DNA of 64,000 nucleotides from Candidatus Spongiisociaceae bacterium (GTDB lineage Bacteria; Actinomycetota; Acidimicrobiia; Spongiisociales; Spongiisociaceae): NCBI GenBank assembly GCA_965213975.1, contig CBDCAR010000001.1, positions 32,134 to 96,133 of the forward strand, read 5' to 3'. Shown piece by piece: positions 1 to 8,553 of this stretch (position 1 is its first letter; each line of letters starts with the position of its first letter). The notes under the pieces were generated by a model. It saw only the letters and a program-made list of their open reading frames with translations, ran no database searches and was not told where the DNA came from. The position numbers and the translations under genes were made by a program.

Positions 1-2575
1 TGCTCGGGGAGTGGCCATCTGCGCCTTCGGTGAGGACGGTTGAGCCTGACGGCCCGCGTTCTAGGACGATCAGGTCGTCGATGCGGGCCCGCATGTCGGG
101 TACGTGGGACACGACTAGGGCGAGGGTTCCGGTGCGGGCGGCTACGGTTTCGACTCCGCGCATGGCTAGGTCGAGATGTTCGGGGTCTAACGTCCCGAAC
201 CCTTCGTCTAGGAAGAACGCTCCGAGCCGTGACCCGTCGGCGGTGACCGTTTCGGTGAGCGCCATCGCTAACGCTAGGGACGACAGGAACTTCTCGCCGC
301 CTGACAGCCCGGACGCCGCCCGGACGTTGCCTGCGTTCGACTGGTCGGCGACGCTGATGGTTCCGTTGTCGTCCGCGAACTGGTAGCGGCCGTCGGTGAG
401 TTCGGTGAGCCATCGGGACGCGGCGTCGATGAGCCGCGCCCGGTGTTCGTCTAACAGGTATTTGACGAAGCGGCTGTCGGTCATGTCCCTGGCGACCTGG
501 CGGGCGTCGTGTAGGGCGCTCTGGCGGTTTTCGTGGAGGGTTTCGACGGCGGTGAGCTGACGGCGGGCCTCTTCTAGGTCGGCGGCGGCCTGTTCGTGGC
601 CGCGGACGGTTTGCTGCCAATGCGCGGTTTCGGTGGCGACGCGGACGGTTTCGTGGGCCAGGTCGACACCCGGTCCGATGCCGACCTGTTCCCGCCACAC
701 GTCCAGTAGGCGTCGGGCGGCGCGGCTCCGGCGGCGGGCGGCACGGCAGCGTCGGTCGGTGGCTGCTAGGGCACGGCGGTGACGGTCGGTGAACTGTTCG
801 GCCGCTTCGGTCATGCGCCCGGGGTGGGTGGGCGGTTCCCAGCGGAACCCGGCCCGCTCGGCGGCGGTTCGGAGGGTGCGGGCGGCCCGGTCGGCGTCTG
901 CCACTGTCTGCTGGTGTGCGGCTTCGCGGCGGCTGAGGGCGGTGCGGGCGGCCCGTTCGGCTGCTAGGGCGCGGTCCCGTTCGTCGCGGTGTCGGCTGTG
1001 TTCCGCTTTGCGGGTCTGCCAGGCGTCCCGCCAGTTGTTCCCCCACATGCGGGTGAGAGTGCCGACGGTCGCGGCGCGGCGGTCGGCGAGGGACTGTTCG
1101 CGGGCGGCGGCGCGGCGGGCGGCCCGGCGGTGGGTGTCGGTGTCGGCTCGGGCGGCGGCGAGGCGGCCGCGGGTGTCGGCGGCGGCCCGTTCGGTTGTGT
1201 GCTGGCGGCGTCGCAGGCGGTCGTATTCGGTTTCGAGGGCGGCGAGGCGGGCGCTGTCCCCGTCAGAGTCGGAGTCGGGGTGGTGGGGTTCGGCTGGCGC
1301 GGTTCCGACGGGGTTGTAGCAGACGGGGCATTGGCTGCCGTCCGCGAGCGCGGCGCGTATGCGGGCGGCGGCCGCTTCGGTGTCTTGGGCGGCGCGGACA
1401 CGGGCACGCAGGCGGCTGACACGCAGGTCCGCTGTGTTGGCGGCGGCGGCGGCGGAGGAGGCGGCGGCGGCTGCTTCTTCGGCTTCGACCGCGGCGCAGT
1501 CGCGGGCCTGGCGGCTAGCGGCTTCACGGGCGCGGGCGTCCGCGGTTTCCTCCGCGGCGGCTGCCAGTTCGCGGTCGACGCGTTCTAGGTCAGCTACCGC
1601 CCGGCCGGTAGCTTCGAGCGGTTCGGGGTCGACGGTTTCTAGGTCGGCTACCGCCCGGTCGGCCCTTTCGGTCGCGGCCCGGTACACACCGCGGGCCGCT
1701 CCGAGTCGGGAAACGGCGTCTTCGACTCGGGAAACGTCAGCCGCCCACTGGTGGAGACCCGCCGTCGTGTCGGCCAGCTGGCGGATTCGGGCCGCGTCGG
1801 CGGCCCACTGGCGGACGGCCCGGTCCGTGTCTGACAGGCGGCGGGAGACGGTCTCCCACGGCGCGGCGATCCGGGCGAGACGGCGGCCCCGTTCGGCGAA
1901 GTGTTGGTGGCGGCTGCGGGCTTCGTTTAGGCGTCTGCCGATGTCCGCGTCGCTGTCGATGCGGGCCCCCAGACGTACCGCTTCGGTTTGGAGGCGGGCG
2001 GCTTCGGTTCCGTGTTCGTCGGCGGCGGCGCGGGCCGCGGCGCGGATTCTGGCAACGACCCGGTCGTAGCCGAACACCCGTTTGAGGATCTGGTCGCGCT
2101 CCGCTGGGGCGGCGGACAGGAACAGGTCGAACTGTCCTTGGGCTAGGAGCACGCTCCGCTGGAACCCGTCGAAGTCGACACCCACCAGGTCCTCAACGCG
2201 GCGGGTGACGGTGCGGGCCAGGGGGTCCACCCCCGCAGCGGCTTCCCAGGGGCCGTCCGCGGTGGGGGCGGTGTACAGGCCGACGTCGGTGCCGCCCCGT
2301 CTGCGCATGGTGCGCACCACCCGCCACGCCCGCCCTTCGCAGGCGAAGGTCAGGTCCACCGACGCGACGTCAAGGTTCTGGTTGATGAGACGTCGGGTGC
2401 GGGCCCCGGCGGTGACTGTCCGCCCGTACAGCGCGTAGGTGACCGCGTCGAACAGCGACGATTTGCCCGCCCCGTTCGGTCCGACGATCCCGACAAGGCC
2501 GCGGCCGTCGAAGCTGATGGTCGCTTCGTCGGCCCACGAGCGGAACCCTTTAAGCCGCAGACGCTGCGGCCTCAT
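1..2575 (-). CDS. sbcC: SbcC/Rad50-like SMC ATPase (3' end outside window)
   Basis: Manual translation from ATG 2575: MRPQRLRLKGFRSW, Walker A GPNGAGKSS, Zn-hook CPVC (~1330), signature LSGGE, Walker B FFLDEGFG (~200). These motifs share one frame. Start overlaps the sbcD stop (ATGA). Confidence 0.93.
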   Translation of the reverse strand, partial: MRPQRLRLKGFRSWADEATISFDGRGLVGIVGPNGAGKSSLFDAVTYALYGRTVTAGARTRRLINQNLDVASVDLTFACEGRAWRVVRTMRRRGGTDVGLYTAPTADGPWEAAAGVDPLARTVTRRVEDLVGVDFDGFQRSVLLAQGQFDLFLSAAPAERDQILKRVFGYDRVVARIRAAARAAADEHGTEAARLQTEAVRLGARIDSDADIGRRLNEARSRHQHFAERGRRLARIAAPWETVSRRLSDTDRAVRQWAADAARIRQLADTTAGLHQWAADVSRVEDAVSRLGAARGVYRAATERADRAVADLETVDPEPLEATGRAVADLERVDRELAAAAEETADARAREAASRQARDCAAVEAEEAAAAASSAAAAANTADLRVSRLRARVRAAQDTEAAAARIRAALADGSQCPVCYNPVGTAPAEPHHPDSDSDGDSARLAALETEYDRLRRRQHTTERAAADTRGRLAAARADTDTHRRAARRAAAREQSLADRRAATVGTLTRMWGNNWRDAWQTRKAEHSRHRDERDRALAAERAARTALSRREAAHQQTVADADRAARTLRTAAERAGFRWEPPTHPGRMTEAAEQFTDRHRRALAATDRRCRAARRRSRAARRLLDVWREQVGIGPGVDLAHETVRVATETAHWQQTVRGHEQAAADLEEARRQLTAVETLHENRQSALHDARQVARDMTDSRFVKYLLDEHRARLIDAASRWLTELTDGRYQFADDNGTISVADQSNAGNVRAASGLSGGEKFLSSLALAMALTETVTADGSRLGAFFLDEGFGTLDPEHLDLAMRGVETVAARTGTLALVVSHVPDMRARIDDLIVLERGPSGSTVLTEGADGHSPS

Positions 2576-3777
2576 CGCCCCACCCCAACGTCAATGTTGT
2601 CGCCGTGATGCTGATGGTATTCGTCGAACAGGTCGACTAGGCGGCCCCGTTCCGACTTGTCCACCCCGCCCCGTTCTTGGAGGTACTGGTCGTACAGGTC
2701 CCGCACCGCACCGGCCCGGTCGGGACACCCCCCACCGCCGTCGCTGTCGTTGTCGGTCTCGCCGCTGTCAACGCGGACTCGTACCAGCCACGGGAACCTG
2801 GCGCGGGCTTCGGCTGCCAGCAACGCCGCGTCCGCAGCGCCCAACGGCCCGCCGCCGCCGTCGGGGACGACAGTCAAGTCCAGGTAGCAGCCGCCCAAAG
2901 TACGGTCGGCTGCAAGCTGCTTCCATGTCCCGACCGCTTTCCGTAGCCGCCTGCCGCTCGCCAGGGGCACATGCTCGACCCGGGCCGGACGGTTCCCCAC
3001 CCCAGTTTCTACTAGTACGACACCCTTCGCTTCGTCGGCCTCCCCGAAATCGCATTGCAGCAACGAACCCGCGTAGCGGGCGGCCACGTCCAGGGACGGG
3101 ACCGCCTGGGGGCGGTGTATGTGCCCCATCGCTACATAGTCCACCAGGGTGGGCAGCGACTGAGGGTTCGCCGTGTACGTGTCGCTCATGTGCAGCGGGC
3201 GTTCCCCCCGCCTGCCGCCGCCGACAAGGCTGCCCGACACAACGAAATGGGAGGTGAACACGGTGGCGTCGGCTTGGAGGCGGACAGCTTCGGCTACGAG
3301 ATGGCCGACCCGTAGCCGCATCCCGTCGGCGTAGCTGCCAGCCGACCTGTCCCGGTCGTACGGGTTAGTGATCCGGGTTGCCCGCACGAACGGGAGCGCA
3401 GCAACCGCGCAGCTCCCCGACGGGGTATCAACCCGCAGGCAGCGGCCCGCGTCGGCGGTGTCGCCAACCAGGTACAGGCCGTTCTGCGCAGCCCAGTCCG
3501 CCAACGCGTCGAAGAGGGCAGGCGAGTCGTGGTTGCCTGCTATCACGACAACAGGGCGGCTCTCGGCGAGCCGCCCCAGGCGGCGCAGGGCCAGGTCGAG
3601 CATCGGGTAGGGGGGGACGGGCTTGTCGAACAGGTCCCCGGAGTGGACAAGCAGGTCGGCCCGCTGGTCGTCGGCGACGCGGACGATCTCGTCGGTGGCG
3701 TCAGCGTATTCGTCGGCCCGGTCGAACCGTCCGATCCGTTTCCCGAAATGCCAGTCGGATGTGTGCAATATCCGCAC
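2572..3777 (-). CDS. sbcD: SbcD/Mre11-like metallophosphoesterase nuclease
   Basis: Motifs HTSDWH, SGDLFD, GNHDS, SHF, GHIHRPQ; directly upstream of sbcC. Confidence 0.95.
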   Translation of the reverse strand: MRILHTSDWHFGKRIGRFDRADEYADATDEIVRVADDQRADLLVHSGDLFDKPVPPYPMLDLALRRLGRLAESRPVVVIAGNHDSPALFDALADWAAQNGLYLVGDTADAGRCLRVDTPSGSCAVAALPFVRATRITNPYDRDRSAGSYADGMRLRVGHLVAEAVRLQADATVFTSHFVVSGSLVGGGRRGERPLHMSDTYTANPQSLPTLVDYVAMGHIHRPQAVPSLDVAARYAGSLLQCDFGEADEAKGVVLVETGVGNRPARVEHVPLASGRRLRKAVGTWKQLAADRTLGGCYLDLTVVPDGGGGPLGAADAALLAAEARARFPWLVRVRVDSGETDNDSDGGGGCPDRAGAVRDLYDQYLQERGGVDKSERGRLVDLFDEYHQHHGDNIDVGVGR

Positions 3778-3886
3778 AACAGGCCACCCTTAACCCAAAG
3801 ACTACGGAACTAGTATACCACAAAGCGTACCCGTATGTGTGTGGGACGCACCGTCGGCACTAATACAGCTGGCTAGTATATGAACC

Positions 3887-4153
3887 ATGCAGGCAATCAC
3901 GGCAGGCGGGTTGACGCAGCCCACCCGCCTGCCCCCAGGTCCCGTTTGGTCATGCGAAGACCCCGAAGGTTACTGCCGCGCAGAAGTGTCCTACGAAGCG
4001 GACATGCTCGGCTGGTACCCCGCCGACGCTGACGCAACCGACAGACGCGGGCTGTGGCTATGCGACGGATGCGCCGAATGGCTGTGCGACCCATCGGAGC
4101 ATTACACCGACCACAAGGTCACCAGCCTCCAGGACTGGCTAGCGGAACAATGA
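3887..4153 (+). CDS. Small Cys-rich hypothetical protein (GLWLCxxC family)
   Basis: 88 aa; TAGTAT -10 just upstream; stop overlaps the MT-A70 start (ATGA); paralog at 10266-10529. Confidence 0.7.
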   Translation: MQAITAGGLTQPTRLPPGPVWSCEDPEGYCRAEVSYEADMLGWYPADADATDRRGLWLCDGCAEWLCDPSEHYTDHKVTSLQDWLAEQ

Positions 4154-4524
4154 CAGGAGCCAACGCGGAATCCGCGGCGGGAGACCTGCGCCGACTCGAA
4201 GGCGGACCGTTCCCCACCATCCTCGCCGACCCGCCCTGGCGTTTCACGAACCGCACCGGCAAGTTCGCCCCCGAACATCGCCGGCTCTCCAGATATGACA
4301 CGATGACCACTGCCGCGATCCGGGCCCTGCCAGTTGCCGAGGTCGCTACAGAGAACGCTCACCTATACCTATGGGTGCCGAACGCTCTCATCGCCGACGG
4401 ACTACGCGTGATGGAATCATGGGGTTTCACGTACAAGTCGAACATCGTTTGGGCGAAGCGCCGAAAGGACGGTCGGGTGTTGTTTTGGGGTGTGCGTGTA
4501 GCTGGTGGCTGCTATTATAGGGTG

Positions 4525-5970
4525 ATGTCTGTGTGGGTGTATAAGACGGTGCGTGTGCGGTTGCGTTTGTCTGCGGGTGTTCGGCGGCGGGTGTGGCGTC
4601 TGAGGGGCCAGCAGAACCAGGCGTTCAATCTGGGTGTTGAGTTGGGTTTGGGGGCCGTGTCTGGGGGTTTGAGGGTGCCGTCCGCGTTCGATGGTGACAA
4701 GACGTTGACCGAACGCCGCGGGGACGGGTCGATACCGAACCACCCTGTTGTTGCGTTGCAGCGGCCTGGTGTGAGGGCAGGCTTAGACGCGGTGACCAAA
4801 TGGGAGAACGCGGTTTGGAAGCACGGCAAAGACGTCGAATACTGGCAGAGTCGGGTGGAAGCGGCGTTAAGCGAAGGCGACGGGTTGGGGTACGCGCAAC
4901 GTAGGCTCGCCGTCGTGACCCAACGACGGGACCGTCACCGCCAGCGGGGCACGCGCAGGCTTTTCCGGTCGCGTAAACGTTTCGAGAGAGAACCGTCAAA
5001 CGGCGCCGCGCTGGTGTTCGACGAACGCGTGCGAGTGCGAGACGGCGGCCTAATGTTGCCTGGCGGTACCCGACTGAAACTCGCCGACCAAGGCTGGCAG
5101 CCTGCGGAAGGATGGGAACTGCGCGGCTCCGCGCAGATAGTCGATGTCACCCCCCGTGTCACAAGACGCACCCGGCCCGAGCACCGCAAATACGAAGCCC
5201 GCCTACAACTCCGCCAACCACAGGTCCTACGCCCACTACCCGAACGCCGAGAACAGGTCGTCGGTGTAGACCCCGGCGCGGTAATCCCAGTGATGGTCTC
5301 AGACGGACGAGCCTTCGGGCTCCCCGACGAAGACGCTGTAAGCGCCCAGATCAAAGGGCTTCAACAGCGTCGGGCGCGCTGCACACACAAGTCGCGGCAG
5401 TGGAACAAGCTCACCAGACGAATCCGTGTCCTAGAAGCCAGGCGGGCCAATCGTCGGACGGACGCCAGCCGACATATCGCCAAACACGTCGCCACCACAG
5501 GCGGGATAAGGGCAGTCGGGTCGGAAGCGAAGAACGCCCGCCAGCTCACCCGCTCCGCGAAAGGCACCAAACAGCATCCAGGTGTGAACGTAGCTCAGAA
5601 ACGCGGATTGAACCGCAAGCTGTCTAAGGCCCGGTTTGGGGGGATCCGCTCAGATATCGAAAGGGCCTGCCAACTGCGAGGGGTACGTTATGTGCCTGTC
5701 GCGGCTGGCGGTTCGTCGACGACCTGTCACCGTTGCGGTAGCAAGGGGACACGCGAGACCCAAGCAGTGTTCCAATGCGACAAAGGCTGCGGGTGGGTCG
5801 GTAACGCCGACTACAACTCAGCCAACGTAATAGGAGACAGAGCATGGACGTGCCTCAACGGCACGTCTGGGCGGTCGGGGCGGCCGCCGTCAGATGGTCA
5901 GCTGGGAGGGAAACCCAGCCAACACACCACAAGTGTTGCCCGAGACCATCCCAAACAAACCCTGAGGTAG
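4525..5970 (+). CDS. tnpB: RNA-guided endonuclease TnpB
   Basis: RuvC-I VVGVDPG, RuvC-II GSEAKN, Zn finger CHRCG/CDKGCG, RuvC-III NADYNSANVI; D-E-D triad intact. TATTAT -10 at 4513-4518 gives a leaderless start. In frame with the MT-A70 N-part. Confidence 0.93.
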   Translation: MSVWVYKTVRVRLRLSAGVRRRVWRLRGQQNQAFNLGVELGLGAVSGGLRVPSAFDGDKTLTERRGDGSIPNHPVVALQRPGVRAGLDAVTKWENAVWKHGKDVEYWQSRVEAALSEGDGLGYAQRRLAVVTQRRDRHRQRGTRRLFRSRKRFEREPSNGAALVFDERVRVRDGGLMLPGGTRLKLADQGWQPAEGWELRGSAQIVDVTPRVTRRTRPEHRKYEARLQLRQPQVLRPLPERREQVVGVDPGAVIPVMVSDGRAFGLPDEDAVSAQIKGLQQRRARCTHKSRQWNKLTRRIRVLEARRANRRTDASRHIAKHVATTGGIRAVGSEAKNARQLTRSAKGTKQHPGVNVAQKRGLNRKLSKARFGGIRSDIERACQLRGVRYVPVAAGGSSTTCHRCGSKGTRETQAVFQCDKGCGWVGNADYNSANVIGDRAWTCLNGTSGRSGRPPSDGQLGGKPSQHTTSVARDHPKQTLR

Positions 5971-6007
5971 ACAGCCAACAGCCGTCAACCCAGAGATATA
6001 AGCCCCA
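5880..6007 (+). ncRNA. Putative omegaRNA scaffold / right end of the TnpB element
   Basis: Overlaps the tnpB 3' end and has a subterminal hairpin. This is the segment conserved in all four copies. RNA boundaries are inferred. Confidence 0.55.
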
Positions 6008-6322
6008 CGAAAGGACGGTGGTCCTGACGGACGGGGCGGCGGCTTCTACTTCCGGAATGTGACAGAACTGATCCTGTTCGGCGTTAAGGGAAGGATGCGG
6101 ACGCTGGCTCCAGGTCGGCGGCAGGTGAACATGATCGAGACCCGGAAGCGCGAGCACTCCCGCAAACCCGACGAGCAGTACGGCATCATCGAAGCCTGCT
6201 CGCCCGGTCCGTACCTGGAGCTCTTCGCCCGCTACGTCTGGCAGGGTTGGGCATCGTGGGGCCTCGAAGCCGACGACGAAGTAGTTCCCCGGGGGAAGCG
6301 GCACGCCGTGTACAGATGATTG

Positions 6323-6358
6323 TGGGGCCTATATACCTGAGTTGATACTCAGGGCGTA
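6323..6358 (-). repeat. Short repeat resembling the TnpB right-end terminus
   Basis: Reverse strand TACGCCCTGAGTATCAACTCAGGTATATAGGCCCCA with a CCTGAGT/ACTCAGG hairpin; closely matches 51471-51505. Confidence 0.75.
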
Positions 6359-7878
6359 CAGGCGGTTATGAGGCGGGCGGCTGCGGTGTCGCCGCGGGTT
6401 TCTAGTTCGGTGACAAGGTCTGCGACGGTTTCGTATCTGAGAGTGTCGGCTAGGCGTTGGAGGTAGCTGGGGGCGGTGTCGTTGGGGTGGGCTGGGATGC
6501 CGGTGAGGCGGGCGAGTAGCTGCCGTGCCTGTTCGGGGTCGGCTGCGGCTGTGTCTACTTCGGTGGCTGCGACGGTGGCGGCTGTGTGTTGGAGGCGGAA
6601 CTGGTCGAGTGTGAGGCGCAGTAGGTCACCGTCGGACGCGTCGATGGTGTATGCCCGTAGGGTGGACAGTCCTGGTCCCCGCATGCTGGTGTCGGGCCAG
6701 CTGGCTGTCACTGTCCGGCCGCTGCCGTCCGCGGCGTCGAAGGTGACGGTGTCGCCGGGGTAGATGTCAAGGTATTGGGCGGCGAGTGCGGGTAGCCGCG
6801 CCCCGGACCCGCCCCGCAGGTTACGGTTGACGGTGAGGGCTACTGTGACTGTTCCTGGGTCGGGGTGGGGGAACACTCCTACCCGGGTGCCTGGCGGGTC
6901 GGTCCGCCATGTCCAGGGGTCGTTGGGTGTGCGTAGCCGTATCCGTCCGTTTGGGGTGCGGTAGAAGCGGGGCGCGCTCATGTAGGTGAGCGCCGAGTGT
7001 CTGCGGACGCCGAACCGTTTGTGTACTAGGGCGGCGATTTGGTGGGCTGTTCCGCTGTCGTCTGCTAGTTCGCTGATGGCGTCGGATATGGCGTTGGGGA
7101 CGGATGTGTATTCGGGGTGTCCCCATTCGGTTAGCGCCCACCGGCCGTGTGCGTCGACTCGGATGATGTTGTCGGCTGCGCGTAGGGCGTTCTTGGCGGA
7201 GACTGGATGGCCGGTGCAGCCGACTGTTTGTTGGATTGTTTCGGGTTTGGCGGGTCTGGCGAGTAGGGCTAGCGCGTAGGTGTATCGGTGTTCTGCGGGG
7301 GTCCACAAGATGAGGTCCCCGGACGGGACGGTCCGTAGTCGGGGCCGTGTGGTGAGCCATCGTTGCTGCCATTCTGGGCGTAGTCCCCATCTGGTTAGGG
7401 CGGCTGCGGCTGTGTCGGGGTCGACTCGGCCCCGACTGCGGGTTGCTAGGTCGATGACGTGTGGGGTCGGGTCGCCGTTGGGGTCGGTGAGCCATCCGCC
7501 GTCTAGCCGCCAGGGGCCTACTGCGGCTAGGAGAGCGACCGCGGTGGGGGGGTCGCCTTCGGGGTCTGCGACCGCGTCGGCGGGGATCGCGGGTCCGCCA
7601 CGTTCGTGGACTTCGGCGGCGACGCTGCGGACGGCTTCGTCGGGTTCGGCGACCATCCGTCGGAAGGTTTGTTCGCAGCGGCGGACGGCCGCGATGGTGC
7701 ACCCGTGACGCGACGCTAGGACTCGGCGGTCGGTGCGGGCAAGGGGTGGGGGGACGATCCGGTGTTGGAGCACGTCGCGTCCGACCGCGGTGGGGATGGC
7801 CAGACGGCGGGCGGCCTGGTCGAACACGTCGAACAGTCCTGTAGGGCCGTCGGGGAACGGTTTGAGCTTGTCGGCCAC
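6349..7878 (-). CDS. Hypothetical multi-HTH protein (sigma-70 region 4 / RNAP-delta HARE-HTH-like, actinobacterial)
   Basis: GTG start after GGAGGGGAG. IRVDAHGRWALTEWGHPEY segment recalled from actinobacterial HTH proteins; assignment tentative. Confidence 0.55.
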   Translation of the reverse strand: MADKLKPFPDGPTGLFDVFDQAARRLAIPTAVGRDVLQHRIVPPPLARTDRRVLASRHGCTIAAVRRCEQTFRRMVAEPDEAVRSVAAEVHERGGPAIPADAVADPEGDPPTAVALLAAVGPWRLDGGWLTDPNGDPTPHVIDLATRSRGRVDPDTAAAALTRWGLRPEWQQRWLTTRPRLRTVPSGDLILWTPAEHRYTYALALLARPAKPETIQQTVGCTGHPVSAKNALRAADNIIRVDAHGRWALTEWGHPEYTSVPNAISDAISELADDSGTAHQIAALVHKRFGVRRHSALTYMSAPRFYRTPNGRIRLRTPNDPWTWRTDPPGTRVGVFPHPDPGTVTVALTVNRNLRGGSGARLPALAAQYLDIYPGDTVTFDAADGSGRTVTASWPDTSMRGPGLSTLRAYTIDASDGDLLRLTLDQFRLQHTAATVAATEVDTAAADPEQARQLLARLTGIPAHPNDTAPSYLQRLADTLRYETVADLVTELETRGDTAAARLITACTP

Positions 7879-7912
7879 AGTCTCCCCTCCAGGAACACAC
7901 CTCTTCCGGCTT

Positions 7913-8039
7913 CTAGTATAATAGCGGGGGTCGCGGCAGCGGCTGGGGGAGGGTTTTGGGGGGCGGCCGGTCGGGGAAAGCAGGTGCGTTCGCGCGACCC
8001 CCACAAACACCACCCCACCACCGCCGTATGCTATACTAG
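7913..8039. promoter_or_regulatory. Divergent promoter region with nested inverted repeats upstream of ssb
   Basis: CTAGTATA (7913-7920) / TATACTAG (8032-8039) and GGGGGTCGCG (7926-7935) / CGCGACCCCC (7993-8002). Confidence 0.55.
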
Positions 8040-8094
8040 GCGCAGTCTATTAGTGGAGCTGGGAGCAGCAGAGCCCGGGGAAAGGTATGTAAGT

Positions 8095-8553
8095 ATGAAC
8101 AGCGTCACCCTGGTAGGGAACCTGGTCGAAGACCCCGAACTGCGATTCACCCCCTCGGGTGTGGCCTTATGCAACCTCCGGTTCGCGGTCAACCGCAGAT
8201 GGAAGAACAACAACACGGGGGAGTGGGAAGAAGAAGCACATTTCTTCTCCGGGTCCTGCTGGCGGGACCTCGCCGAGAACGTAGCCGAGTCGTTCAGCAA
8301 AGGCGACCGGGTGATCGTTAGCGGCCGGTTGCAGCAGCGCAGCTGGGAAACGCAGGAAGGCGAACGGCGCAGCGTGGTCGAAGTGTCCGTCACTGAGATA
8401 GGCCCGTCGCTTCGGTGGGCAACCGCGACGGTGCGGCGGGTACACGCAACCCGCGACAACGACAACACCGGACACCGCGGTAACGACAACCGCCGCGGTA
8501 ACGACAACAGCCGCGGCCGCGACCGGTATGCCCGTGACGAAGCCCCCTTCTGA
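8095..8553 (+). CDS. ssb: Single-stranded DNA-binding protein
   Basis: MNSVTLVGNLVEDPELRFTPSG, KGDRVIVSGRLQQRSW, acidic tail DEAPF; GGAAAGG RBS. Confidence 0.97.
   Translation: MNSVTLVGNLVEDPELRFTPSGVALCNLRFAVNRRWKNNNTGEWEEEAHFFSGSCWRDLAENVAESFSKGDRVIVSGRLQQRSWETQEGERRSVVEVSVTEIGPSLRWATATVRRVHATRDNDNTGHRGNDNRRGNDNSRGRDRYARDEAPF

Larger units (their letters stand above)
4474..6007 (+). mobile_element. TnpB-only (IS200/IS605/IS1341-like) element, 1534 bp, flanked by 12-bp direct repeat CGAAAGGACGGT
   Basis: Repeat at 4462-4473 and 6008-6019. No tnpA inside. The right end (...GAGATATAAGCCCCA) is shared with copies at 12599, 54594 and 60387. Confidence 0.88.
4150..6319 (+). pseudogene. MT-A70-family adenine methyltransferase split by a TnpB element
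   Basis: N-part 4150-4473 (ADPPW, HLYLWV, WGFTYKSNIVWAKRRKDG). C-part 6020-6319 (GPDGRGGGFYFRNVTELILFG, EHSRKP, YLELFAR). Joining them gives one open 207-aa frame. Confidence 0.92.

Noticed and set aside
1436-1472. (GGC)n-rich tract as a contingency locus
   Set aside because: An in-frame, interrupted run coding poly-Ala in the SbcC coiled coil; the frame is preserved.
4474-4524. IStron (group I intron + TnpB) explanation for an insertion inside a gene
   Set aside because: Only 51 bp precede tnpB, far too short for a group I ribozyme. An intein is also excluded because the insert contains a stop codon.
4054-5970. 638-aa ORF as an evolved methyltransferase-TnpB protein
   Set aside because: The rest of the MTase lies at 6020-6319 behind a duplicated 12-mer, so the fusion is an insertion product.
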